A stretch of 64,000 nucleotides of DNA from NCBI GenBank assembly GCA_965116555.1, contig OZ220698.1, positions 1,240,709 through 1,304,708 of the forward strand, read 5' to 3'. The DNA comes from Dehalococcoidia bacterium (GTDB taxonomy: Bacteria > Chloroflexota > Dehalococcoidia > Lucifugimonadales > QGNO01). Positions within the stretch are counted from its first letter, which is position 1, and each line of letters starts with the position of its first letter. The notes under the pieces are model-generated. The model worked only from the letters and a program-made list of their open reading frames with translations. It was not told the DNA's origin and did no database searches. Positions 55,127 through 64,000 of this stretch are shown here, piece by piece. The position numbers and the translations under genes are program-made.

Positions 55127-56005
55127 TCAGGAACTTGACTGGCCCCCGGTCCTTAATTGGCCCGTTACCTTCCTGGGCCTCTTCTCAAGAAACGCGGCGC
55201 TGGCATCCGCGGCGTCTTCAGTAATCTGCCATGTAATGCCGTTGTATAGAAGCTGTAGGTGCCAGGCTTGGTCTTCCGTCATGTCTCTGCTCTTGGTTAG
55301 GAACTCCTTCAAGAACCTGACGGCCACCGGCGGCATCTCGGCTATTCTGTTTGCTATCTCTTCGCAGTGGGACATCAGTTGATCGTGCGGCACCGCTTTA
55401 TTGACCAAGCTAATGCGCTCAGCCTCTGCAGCGTCTATGGGCTGGTCCGACAATAGCATTTTCATCGCGTGTACGTAAGGCACCTGTCGAATCAACCGGG
55501 TGGCAAGAGGCCCGCTCCCAATGCCGCCCCTGTTGGATAGCAGCGCATAATAGAACTTGGCGTGTTCGGCACACGCTATTCGTATATCCGTAGTAGTCAG
55601 CAGGCTGTACAGTCCTGCACCGGCTGCCCAACCGTTTATTGCCGCAATCACCGGCTTCCAGATCTGAGGGAAGTCTACTCCGCCGTTGAAAACGGCGATG
55701 CGGCGTCCACCTATGGTGCCTGCCCTGGGCCAAACGAAGCTATTCAACCGCCGGGCTCGCTCGTCCTCGAAAGTCTCGCCCGGAGGAGGAGGCTGAATGC
55801 TGTGCCCTCCTGAAAAATGACGGTCTCCCACGGATGTAAGGATCATGCAGCGCATATCAGTATCCGCCCAGTAGTCCTGGTACGCCTCGCCAAGCTCCTC
55901 TATCACCTGGTCGTCCATAACGTTGGCTTTGGTGGGGTTGTTTATGGTCAGATAGGCAATTGGCCCCTTCTTTTCGTAGATGGTCTTCTTGGGTGTTTCC
56001 GCCAT
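55127..56005 (-). CDS. enoyl-CoA hydratase/isomerase (crotonase) family protein
   Basis: ORF to 56035. The preferred start is the ATG at 56003-56005 (GGAGGAG upstream). Contains IAYLTINNPTKANVMD and AAINGWAAGAG (oxyanion-hole region). Confidence 0.75.
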   Translation of the reverse strand: MAETPKKTIYEKKGPIAYLTINNPTKANVMDDQVIEELGEAYQDYWADTDMRCMILTSVGDRHFSGGHSIQPPPPGETFEDERARRLNSFVWPRAGTIGGRRIAVFNGGVDFPQIWKPVIAAINGWAAGAGLYSLLTTTDIRIACAEHAKFYYALLSNRGGIGSGPLATRLIRQVPYVHAMKMLLSDQPIDAAEAERISLVNKAVPHDQLMSHCEEIANRIAEMPPVAVRFLKEFLTKSRDMTEDQAWHLQLLYNGITWQITEDAADASAAFLEKRPRKVTGQLRTGGQSSS

Positions 56006-56096
56006 GTCTATTGCTCCTCCAGTAGGCTGTCTCAAACGTTTCGGTTGATAGCTCTAAGCTGCTTAAATCACATTTTCAGACTCTGTATTGATCACT

Positions 56097-57548
56097 CTAG
56101 ACAGGCGGATGTCTCCGGTGCCAGTCCGTAGCTTGCTCATAAGCGTAGGCCGCCCTGTAAATGAGCTGCTCTTCAAGGGGGCGGCCCATCAGCTGAAGGC
56201 CGACGGGCAACCTGTCCCCCATGGCAAATCCGCAAGGCAACGATAGTCCTGGGTAGCCGGTTATGCTGGCAAGGCCGTTGAGATACATAGCGCGCGACCG
56301 GGTAATGACCTCGCGACCGCGAAGCATGGTGGTCTTCAACCCGGGAGAGTCTCCCAGGGTCATGCCTGTAGGCATGGCGATGACGTCCGCTTCCTTGAAC
56401 GCTGCCACCAGTTGCTGTCCTATAAGTAGTCGCTTCCGCGCTTTCTCAACGTAGTCGGCTATGTCCGGCTGCTTTCTATCTCCTGCCAGGATGGCCGCCT
56501 GGACTTCGTCCCACTGGTCTAAGTTTTCAAAGAGGTGGATGTGCTCCTTCCACCAGAGCGCTTCCGGCTCAATGCCGTCCATCAATGCCCTGGACTCCGC
56601 CGCGAGAGGCAAGGCCACCTCTACAATGTGGGCGCCCAGCCCTTCCAGCACCTTTATTGCCGCTCGCACGCGGTCCTCGTGCTCTTCCGTAACCCACTCC
56701 TTCCATACCCAATCGTCGGTTGGCACGCCTATTCTGACACCCTTCATCCCGTCTCTGATTGCCGCTCGGTAGTCATATGGAGGTTCATTGATGCTGATGG
56801 GGTCCTTGGGGTCAAACTGCCCCAGGACCTGCAGCATGATGGCGTTGTCTTCTACTGTCTTGGTCATCGGCCCGGCCTGGCTGGCGCTGGCCGTTGGATA
56901 TGAGTCGGTTGGATATCTGCTGATGCGACCGGTGGTTGCCCTGAACCCCACGATGCCGCAATTGGCCGCGGGATGTCGCACGGAGCCGCCTCCGTCGGTG
57001 CCGACCGAACCCAGGCAGAGGGATGCCGCGGTAGCCGACCCGGGGCCGCTGCTGGATGTGCCCGGACTTACGTCCAAGTCCCAAGGGTTCACGCAGCCCA
57101 CGACCCTCAGATTCATCCTATCCAGCCCTTCTCTCTCCGGCGATTGATACGTGGTGGTATCAATGCGGACCTTGCCGACAAGTATAGCTCCAGCCTCCTC
57201 GAGAAGCGTGTGCACCGTGGAGCTTACCTTGGGCTTTAGGTCCAGCCCTTGTGGGTTCCCGTGGGTAGTGGGGATGCCCTTGGTGTCCAAGCTGTCCTTG
57301 AGGGTGTACGTGATTCCGTGCATCGGCCCACGGTAGTCGCCGGCGGCAATCTCCCGCTCTGCCTGCTTGGCCCTCTCCAGAGCGTACTCCCCGGTAACGG
57401 TGACAAAGCAACCCAGCTGGGGGGCTACTCTGTCGATCCGCTCCAGGGTCACTTCGGTCAATTCTACGGGCGACACCTCACGCCGACGCAGAAGCTCGCT
57501 CATCTCGGCGATGGTTGCATTCACCAGGTCAATAGACGTTGCACTCAT
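56097..57548 (-). CDS. amidase-signature (AS) family amidase, paralogue 1
   Basis: 483 aa. Catalytic Lys context YTLKD, PGTSSSGPGSATAASL (a variant of GGSSGGSAAAVA) and the nucleophile context GTDGGGSVRHPAANCG. Confidence 0.85.
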   Translation of the reverse strand: MSATSIDLVNATIAEMSELLRRREVSPVELTEVTLERIDRVAPQLGCFVTVTGEYALERAKQAEREIAAGDYRGPMHGITYTLKDSLDTKGIPTTHGNPQGLDLKPKVSSTVHTLLEEAGAILVGKVRIDTTTYQSPEREGLDRMNLRVVGCVNPWDLDVSPGTSSSGPGSATAASLCLGSVGTDGGGSVRHPAANCGIVGFRATTGRISRYPTDSYPTASASQAGPMTKTVEDNAIMLQVLGQFDPKDPISINEPPYDYRAAIRDGMKGVRIGVPTDDWVWKEWVTEEHEDRVRAAIKVLEGLGAHIVEVALPLAAESRALMDGIEPEALWWKEHIHLFENLDQWDEVQAAILAGDRKQPDIADYVEKARKRLLIGQQLVAAFKEADVIAMPTGMTLGDSPGLKTTMLRGREVITRSRAMYLNGLASITGYPGLSLPCGFAMGDRLPVGLQLMGRPLEEQLIYRAAYAYEQATDWHRRHPPV

Positions 57549-57630
57549 TCTCAGTTACCTCGGCCTCGTTACCACGCCTGCATGATGGCGCATCCCAACC
57601 TAGTTCAAGGAAGTTGTAGCGTGTTGGCTT

Positions 57631-59106
57631 TTAAATGGGCGGATGTCTGAGGTGCCACTCGGTGGCCTGCTCGTAGGCATAGGCCACTCTATAAGTAAGA
57701 GACTCCTCCAGAGGGCGGCCCATCAGTTGAAGACCGACAGGCAGCCGGTCTCCCATGGCGAATCCACAAGGAACAGAGAGCCCAGGGAACCCGGTGACGC
57801 TGCCTAGTGCGTTTATTGGTATAGCCCGCGACCTTGTATGGACCTCTCGCCCGCGTACGTTGGTAGTCAAGGTGTCGCCTTTGTCTCCCAAGGTCATGCC
57901 GGTCGGTAGCGCTATAATGTCCACTTCTTTGAGCGCCGCCACCAGCTCCTGTCGGATGAGCAATCGTTTCTTGGACTTCTCCAGATACTGCCGTATGTCA
58001 ACCGTGCTCATGCCAAACGGTGGCGGCGTGCCCTCGGTGAGTCGCACATCTTCCACTCCTTGGAGGTGCGCCTTAATTGCTCGCTGGAGGTTCTCCCACT
58101 TGTCGGCGTTTTCGTATAGATGCTGGTGATCAATCCACCAAATCATCCCCTCGGTGAGACCTCCCATGACTGAACGGGACTCCGATGCAAGAGGCAGAGA
58201 CACTTCTTGGATGTGGGCGCCCAGGTCTTCCAGAACGGAAATCGCGCGTCGAACTATGTCCTCTTGCTCCTCGAAGACCCAGTCCTTCCATGCCCAATCG
58301 TCGGTTGGCACTCCTATTTTGACGCCCTTCATCCCGTCTCTGATTGCCGCTCGGTAGTCATACGGCGGCTCGTTGATGCTGATGGGGTCCTTGGGGTCAA
58401 ACTGCCCTAGAACCTGCAGCATGATCGCGTTATCTTCCACCGTCTTGGTCATCGGCCCGGCCTGGCCGGCGCTGGCAGTTGGATATGTGTCGGTTGGATA
58501 TCTGCTGATGCGACCGGTTGTTGCCCTGTATCCCACAATGCCGCAGTTGGCTGCGGGATGTCGCACGGAGCCGCCTCCGTCGGTGCCCACCGAGCCCAGG
58601 CAGAGGGATGCCGCGGTAGCCGACCCAGGGCCGCTGCTGGAGCCTCCCGGACTGAGGCTGGTGTCCCATGGATTGAAGGCTTCTATCGGCCGGTCCAGCG
58701 AGTCAAAATTCGTTGTGTCTATATTCACCTTGCCCACGAGGATAGCTCCGGCCTCTTCAAGAAGCGTGTGCGTCGTGGAGCTTACCCTGGGCTTTAGGTC
58801 CAGCTTTTGTGGGTTCCCGTGGGTGGAGGGAATGCCCTTGGTATCTATGCCGTCCTTGAGGGTGTACGTGATGCCGTGCATCGGCCCACGATACTTGCCG
58901 GCGGCGATCTCCCGCTCTACCTGCTTGGCCCTCTCCAGAGCGTAGTCCCCGGTAACGGTGACAAAGCAGTTCAGCTGGGGAGCCACTCTATCGATCCGTT
59001 CCAGGGTCGCTTCGACCAATTCTACGGGCGATACCTCACGCCTTCGCAGACGTTCACTCATATCAGTGATAGTTGCATTCACCAGGTCAATAGATGCTGT
59101 ACCCAT
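57631..59106 (-). CDS. amidase-signature family amidase, paralogue 2
   Basis: 491 aa. Same motifs as paralogue 1 (PGGSSSGPGSATAASL, GTDGGGSVRHPA) and highly similar to it. Confidence 0.85.
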   Translation of the reverse strand: MGTASIDLVNATITDMSERLRRREVSPVELVEATLERIDRVAPQLNCFVTVTGDYALERAKQVEREIAAGKYRGPMHGITYTLKDGIDTKGIPSTHGNPQKLDLKPRVSSTTHTLLEEAGAILVGKVNIDTTNFDSLDRPIEAFNPWDTSLSPGGSSSGPGSATAASLCLGSVGTDGGGSVRHPAANCGIVGYRATTGRISRYPTDTYPTASAGQAGPMTKTVEDNAIMLQVLGQFDPKDPISINEPPYDYRAAIRDGMKGVKIGVPTDDWAWKDWVFEEQEDIVRRAISVLEDLGAHIQEVSLPLASESRSVMGGLTEGMIWWIDHQHLYENADKWENLQRAIKAHLQGVEDVRLTEGTPPPFGMSTVDIRQYLEKSKKRLLIRQELVAALKEVDIIALPTGMTLGDKGDTLTTNVRGREVHTRSRAIPINALGSVTGFPGLSVPCGFAMGDRLPVGLQLMGRPLEESLTYRVAYAYEQATEWHLRHPPI

Positions 59107-59164
59107 TCTTCATCCCCTCCTTTGCGATGGTACGTCCCTAGCTGACTAAGATGACTTAAGTGCT

Positions 59165-60598
59165 TTAAATGGGTGGATGTCTGAGGTGCCACTCGGTGGC
59201 CTGTTCATAGGCATAGGCCACTCTATAAAGAAGCGGCTCCTCCACCGGTCTGCCCATCAGTTGAAGCCCGACCGGCAGCCGGTCTCCCATGGCGAATCCA
59301 CAGGGAACGGAAAGCGCCGGAAAACCGGTGATGCTGGCAAGACTGTTCAAGCGCGTTCCTCGCGAACGGGTGGGAACTTCCCTGCCTCTGATGATTATGG
59401 AGTCCTCTTCAATCTTGTCGCCCAGGGTCATTCCGGTGGGCATCGCTATCACGTCTACCTCTGTAAGAGCCGCAATCAGTTCCTGCTTCACCATTTGCCG
59501 TTTCCGTGCTTTAACGACATAGCTCTCGATGTCTACCTGCCTGGTCCGGTTTGCCTGGATAGCTGCTTGGAGTTCGTCCCACTTGTCAGCGTTTTCGTAG
59601 AGGTGCATGTGGTCTTCATACCAGCTCTCGGTTTCGCCCAGGCTTTCGGATAGCTCCCTGGATTCCTCGGCTAGGGGCAAAGAAACCGGCAGCACGTGCG
59701 CGCCCATGCTTTCGAGCAGAGCGACGGCGCTACGCACCCTGTCTTCGTTTTCCTCCGTTACCCATTTCTCCCAGATCCATTCATCCGTGGGGAGTCCGAT
59801 GCGGATGCCCTTGACGCCGTCCCTCAGTCCAGCAGGGTAGTCATACGGCGGCTCATTGATGCTGATGGGATACTGAGGATCGTAGACTCCCAATGCCTGG
59901 AACATGATGGCGTTGTCTTCAACCGTCTTCGTCATCGGCCCCGCCTGGCTTTGTATGCCCGAAGCTGGGTAGCAATCGAGAGGATACCGGCTGATGCGGC
60001 CAACCGTCGCTCTCATTCCGACAAGCCCGCAATTGGCTGCGGGGTGTCGAACCGATCCGCCTGAATCGGTGCCTACAGACCCAAGACCTAGGGACGCCGC
60101 CGTGGCTGAACCGGGCCCGCTGCTGGACGTGCCGGGGGTGACTATTAGATCCCACGGATTGAAGCAGCCGAGTGGTCTGAGTGTTTCTTGAGCCTGGAAC
60201 GTAATGGTATCCATGCGGACTTTTCCAATAAGGACTCCCCCGGCTCCTTCAAGCAGGGCATGCACCGTGGAATTGACCCTTGGTTTAAGGTCCAAACCTT
60301 GTGGGTTGGCATGCGTCGTTGGGACGCCAACCGTGTCCAAATTGTCCTTCAGGGTGTAAGGAATTCCGTGGAGTGGCCCGCGATATTTGCCTTGCCTAAT
60401 CTCATCCTCGGCCAGTTGAGCGCGCCGCATGGCGTACTCTGAAGCCACGGTTACGAAACAGTCCAGTTTGGGGTTCACTCTTTCGATGCGTTCCAGCGTC
60501 GCCTGGGTCAACTCCACCGGCGACACTTCCCTCTGCCGTAGACGCTTGCTCATCTCGGTAATGGTTGCTTCTACTAGGTCAATCTCGCCGGTTCCCAC
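59165..60598 (-). CDS. amidase-signature family amidase, paralogue 3
   Basis: 477 aa. Same motifs (PGTSSSGPGSATAASL, GTDSGGSVRHPA) but more diverged from paralogues 1 and 2. Confidence 0.85.
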   Translation of the reverse strand: MGTGEIDLVEATITEMSKRLRQREVSPVELTQATLERIERVNPKLDCFVTVASEYAMRRAQLAEDEIRQGKYRGPLHGIPYTLKDNLDTVGVPTTHANPQGLDLKPRVNSTVHALLEGAGGVLIGKVRMDTITFQAQETLRPLGCFNPWDLIVTPGTSSSGPGSATAASLGLGSVGTDSGGSVRHPAANCGLVGMRATVGRISRYPLDCYPASGIQSQAGPMTKTVEDNAIMFQALGVYDPQYPISINEPPYDYPAGLRDGVKGIRIGLPTDEWIWEKWVTEENEDRVRSAVALLESMGAHVLPVSLPLAEESRELSESLGETESWYEDHMHLYENADKWDELQAAIQANRTRQVDIESYVVKARKRQMVKQELIAALTEVDVIAMPTGMTLGDKIEEDSIIIRGREVPTRSRGTRLNSLASITGFPALSVPCGFAMGDRLPVGLQLMGRPVEEPLLYRVAYAYEQATEWHLRHPPI

Positions 60599-60639
60599 AT
60601 TTCACCCCACCAGATAAGATGTTCAATAATGCCTACCGG

Positions 60640-61557
60640 CTAGCTGCCGCGCATTCGGGGGTCCAGAATGTCACGCAGGGCGTCGCCAAGTACGTTCACT
60701 CCGAACACCAATATAGTCAATGCAAATCCAGGGAAAAGGATCATCCAAGGCGCCTCCGCAAAGTGGCGCATCATGCGCGAAGCTAACAAGCCTCCCCAGG
60801 ATATAACTACGCCCCCGGGTGTTACGCCAAGGAAGCTCAGCGACGCCTCCACGATGATTACAGTTCCTATAGAGGTTGTGGCAACAACCATCATGAGGCC
60901 AAAAGTATTTGGGGCCACGTGTCTGACCATAATTCTTAAGGTATCCGCTCCTATGCTGCGGGCAGCGTCTATGTACGGCGTCTCCTTGATGCTGAGTACC
61001 TGTGAGCGGATTACCCGCACACCTCTACTGGAGAATATGAGAGTCAGCGCGATGATAAGGCTGGCAAATGACGGTCCAAACGCCGCCATGAAAGCGAGCG
61101 CAAGCAGAAGGGAGGGGAAAGCGCTTTTGGCGTCAACGAAACGCTGGATGATCAAGTCAACCTTCCCCCCAAAATAGGCGCTTGAGATTCCCAACGCTCC
61201 GGCTATTATCGTAGCCGCAAGGGTGACTGTAACACCTACAACCATCGAGGTTCTCGCGCCGTAGATGGTACGGCTGAGCATGTCTCTACCAAGCATATCA
61301 GTGCCGAACCAAGCATCGGTGGCGCCGGGCCTCACAAACACTTTGTCCGGATTCGTAAGATGGGGATCGTACGGGGCAGCGATTGGAGCCGCGACCGCTA
61401 TGATAGCGAAGAAAGCAATGATCACAGCCCCGAGCGTCCCCAAGGGCTTGCTGCGGGCAAGGCGCCATGTACGCAGCAAGTATCTTGAGCGCTGGCGCAA
61501 TGGCAACGAGGCATCTGCCATTTTGGCGGTATCTTTAGCTTTGAACGGTAATGTCAC
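60640..61557 (-). CDS. ABC transporter permease, OppC/DppC-type
   Basis: 305 aa. Contains SIKETPYIDAARSIGADTLRIMVRHVAPN. Paralogue of 6353-7249. The start is uncertain (internal ATG at 61521 is possible). Confidence 0.85.
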   Translation of the reverse strand: MTLPFKAKDTAKMADASLPLRQRSRYLLRTWRLARSKPLGTLGAVIIAFFAIIAVAAPIAAPYDPHLTNPDKVFVRPGATDAWFGTDMLGRDMLSRTIYGARTSMVVGVTVTLAATIIAGALGISSAYFGGKVDLIIQRFVDAKSAFPSLLLALAFMAAFGPSFASLIIALTLIFSSRGVRVIRSQVLSIKETPYIDAARSIGADTLRIMVRHVAPNTFGLMMVVATTSIGTVIIVEASLSFLGVTPGGVVISWGGLLASRMMRHFAEAPWMILFPGFALTILVFGVNVLGDALRDILDPRMRGS

Positions 61558-61593
61558 TGGCGCCTCCGCTCAAGCGATTTAGATGCGGTGCTA

Positions 61594-62553
61594 TTACTCA
61601 TAACGAATCCTTGGATCCAACCACGCATAGGTAATGTCAACAATTAGATTAACTATCAGCGCCATGAGGGCAAAGTAAAGAACGTAAACCTGCACAACTG
61701 CAAGATCGCGACTTACTATGGCCTGTACCAGGGCCTGCCCTACTCCCGGCACGCTGAAAATGAGCTCAATCACTACTGTTCCGGTTAGCAGTCCGCCCAT
61801 CAGACCGCCTAGCGTTGTAACCACTGGCAGCAAGGCGTTGCGCAAAGCATGTCTCCAGATCACGGCTCTTTCACCCAGCCCCTTGGCTCTTGCCGTCCTA
61901 ACGTAATCGTCCCTCATCACCTCAAGCATCTGGGTTCTGGTCATGCGCAGCAGAAGACCGTTAGAGCTGAAACCGAGCGCAATGGCCGGGATGATCAACT
62001 GTTGGGTACTGACAACCGGGTTTTGCCAGAGGTGAGTAAATCCTAGCGGCGGCATCCAGCCAACCTCTACCGATAGAAATAGAATTACCAACAGTCCCAC
62101 CAGGAAAGTGGGCATAGCCAATCCCAGGATTGCCCACCCCCTCAGCACAAAGTCTATCCAGCTATCCTGCCGCACGGCCGCCAAAACGCCAATAGGTATC
62201 CCCATTGCGGCCACACTAACGAAAGAGAACAGGGCGAGCTGAATTGTGATGGGCAACTTGAGCTTTAGCTCAGTTGCTATGTCCCGCCTGCTGACAAAGG
62301 ATTTCCCAAGGTCGCCGCGAGCCACGTCCCACATCCAGTCCGCGTATTGGACAAGGATATGTTTGTCTAAACCTAGTTGCTCACGGAGCCGGGCATGAGC
62401 TTCCGGGGTATAGTGCCCCTCCCCGGAAGGGCCGGCCAAGATGACCGCTGCCACATCTCCGGGGACAACGCGCAGCAACAAGAAAATGAACAGCGATGTT
62501 CCCAGCAGAGTAGGAATGAACAGCAACAGTCTCTTGACTATGTACTTCTTCAC
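61594..62553 (-). CDS. ABC transporter permease, OppB/DppB-type
   Basis: 319 aa. Contains MKKYIVKRLLLFIPTLLG and DYVRTARAKGL. Paralogue of 7295-8254. Confidence 0.85.
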   Translation of the reverse strand: MKKYIVKRLLLFIPTLLGTSLFIFLLLRVVPGDVAAVILAGPSGEGHYTPEAHARLREQLGLDKHILVQYADWMWDVARGDLGKSFVSRRDIATELKLKLPITIQLALFSFVSVAAMGIPIGVLAAVRQDSWIDFVLRGWAILGLAMPTFLVGLLVILFLSVEVGWMPPLGFTHLWQNPVVSTQQLIIPAIALGFSSNGLLLRMTRTQMLEVMRDDYVRTARAKGLGERAVIWRHALRNALLPVVTTLGGLMGGLLTGTVVIELIFSVPGVGQALVQAIVSRDLAVVQVYVLYFALMALIVNLIVDITYAWLDPRIRYE

Positions 62554-62568
62554 AAGCGCACCCTAGTC

Positions 62569-62601
62569 CTTAACCCCCGCCCGCAATGGATGGGGGTTAA
62601 G
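62569..62601 (-). promoter_or_regulatory. intercistronic stem-loop between the binding-protein and permease genes
   Basis: 10-bp perfect stem CTTAACCCCC / GGGGGTTAAG with a 13-nt loop, lying between the SBP stop (62630) and the permease start (62553). Confidence 0.5.
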
Positions 62602-62629
62602 CATCAACGCTGGAACACTCTTTCCGCTC

Positions 62630-64000
62630 TTATCTGTCTAGCCAAGCACTCTCAAAGGTTGGCGTATCAAAGGTGGTCTTCCTAGGTACCCAGCCTTTCA
62701 GGTCAAGGCGGTTTACGTGCGATCCCACACCGCGAACGCTTCCTATGAGAGCGGCGTCGTTGTAGACAATGATTCCCATCTCCCGCAGGATTTTTCCACG
62801 GGCTTCATTGTCGTTCAAGAGGGCTTGCTGCTCACGGAGCCGCAGCCATTCATCGTTCTCCCACGTGGTGTAGTTGCGTCCGCCGTCATCCCAGATGTTG
62901 TACATTTGGAAGTTGAATGCGTCCGGGTCGTTGAACCGCGATCCGGTAGCCGTTTCCAGCATCTGGAAGTCTCCGCTCTTTGAGCGTGAAGTACGCGTGG
63001 ACAGGTCAACTATTTCCAGGAAGATATCAACGTGCAAATCTCTGTTCATCTGGCCAATGATCGCCTCGCACTCAGTCTGTCGCCGGTCCCAGCACACCCA
63101 TCCGAACCGGAGCCGGTTGTTAGGACCGTATCCGGCCTCTTCCAGGAGCTGGTTAGCAGTCGCTTCAAGGTCGGCTCTAACTCCTGGGTCCGGGTCAAAG
63201 GCTGGAGCATCCCTGTACCAGTCCTCCAGGGAGCCGATATAGCTCCATTCAGTGAGATAGGGGGTTACCAAACTCCCTTTACTATCCGTGATGAGCTTGT
63301 CGTACTCCTGGCGATCGAAACCGATCTGGATAGCTGTGCGCAGCTTCTGCGCAACTGGATCCTCGGTTGGACCAAAGGGCTTGTTGGCCACATTAAGCAT
63401 AAAGCCTTTCCAGCCTAGACGCTTCAGGGCGTTCAGCCGCACTTGGCCGGGAAGCTGCCTGTCCAGGTTTGCCAGGTCCGTCTCGGTTAGTGTCGTGCTG
63501 GATGGCCCCATGTTGTCCAAGCGGCCGGCCAGGAAATTCGCCCTCATTGCCTGGGCGTCATCTATGTGAACGATATTAAGCTCGTCCAAGTAAGGTAGTC
63601 CTTCCCTGAAGAACTGCTCGCTGCGCTCCCAGACGGCTTGGTTCTCAACCGCAACGCTCTTGACCTTGAACGGTCCAGTTCCTATGAGCTCACCCTTGTT
63701 GGGGTCAAGGTCACGGTGCTCCTCACCGGATTCATCAAGGGCCCTGGTGTAAGTGTCAGGTAGGAAGGGCACAAATGACCCGGCAAGGCACGGAATGAAA
63801 GCCGCTCTGGCCGCCTCCAAGCGCACCGTTACCTCATTGGGCCCGGTAACCTCTGCGCCGGCATCCGGCAAGAGGTTTCCTTGGTCGTCCCGGACCGGTT
63901 TGATATAGGCGCGAAGGCATGCCTGGGTGTTGCCTGGAACTTCGTTTGGCCTATCCACGACTCTTACGAATTGGTACCACACATCTTCAGCCGTAAAGGG
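62630..64000 (-). CDS. ABC transporter substrate-binding protein, family 5 (Opp/Dpp-type); N-terminus beyond the window edge
   Basis: The reading frame is open to the window end. Its product aligns with the C-terminal ~450 aa of the 3979-5850 SBP (for example AEVTGPNEVTVRLEAARAAFIPC versus AEVTGPNELTVRLVAPRGAFVGC). Confidence 0.8.
   Translation of the reverse strand, partial: PFTAEDVWYQFVRVVDRPNEVPGNTQACLRAYIKPVRDDQGNLLPDAGAEVTGPNEVTVRLEAARAAFIPCLAGSFVPFLPDTYTRALDESGEEHRDLDPNKGELIGTGPFKVKSVAVENQAVWERSEQFFREGLPYLDELNIVHIDDAQAMRANFLAGRLDNMGPSSTTLTETDLANLDRQLPGQVRLNALKRLGWKGFMLNVANKPFGPTEDPVAQKLRTAIQIGFDRQEYDKLITDSKGSLVTPYLTEWSYIGSLEDWYRDAPAFDPDPGVRADLEATANQLLEEAGYGPNNRLRFGWVCWDRRQTECEAIIGQMNRDLHVDIFLEIVDLSTRTSRSKSGDFQMLETATGSRFNDPDAFNFQMYNIWDDGGRNYTTWENDEWLRLREQQALLNDNEARGKILREMGIIVYNDAALIGSVRGVGSHVNRLDLKGWVPRKTTFDTPTFESAWLDR

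Noticed and set aside
56097-60598. The three amidases might be GatA subunits of Glu/Asp-tRNA amidotransferase.
   Set aside because: There are three tandem paralogues in a transport/CoA-metabolism operon and no gatB or gatC adjacent. The variant signature GxSSSGPGS and the inserted variable regions point to catabolic AS amidases.

Overview
A gene-dense 64-kb chromosomal window of fairly high GC, with about 55 protein genes. I recognise no rRNA, tRNA, CRISPR array, transposase, integrase or phage gene. The content is mostly catabolic and transport genes:
- two paralogous Opp/Dpp-type peptide ABC importers, each with a binding protein and two permeases but no ATPase gene nearby
- a long minus-strand operon (about 52.5-64 kb) of importer, three tandem amidase paralogues, a crotonase and two family-III CoA-transferases
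- a hydantoinase / M28-like / MhpD-like cluster
- a betaine ABC system whose ATPase and permease are fused
- a cobalamin-riboswitch-controlled btuCFD-cobO operon
- dxs, ilvA, ggt, an orphan prkA, and several redox and peptidase genes

Several lipoproteins carry long Pro/Thr tethers after the lipobox Cys. I saw no classical DNA-binding transcription factor. Both points fit a monoderm, Chloroflexota-like (possibly marine SAR202-like) origin, but that is inference only.

I found no recognisable defence or mobile system. The best candidates for undescribed biology are:
1. a translationally coupled DUF402 - Ppx/GppA - two thymidylate-kinase-like genes module at 24.5-28.3 kb; the second kinase-like copy has a degenerate Walker-A motif, and a BacNaV-type channel gene follows
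2. the mosaic triple-amidase array and its operon
3. a Dxs homologue that lacks the conserved GHQ histidine

All calls rest on reading motifs by eye. No searches were run.
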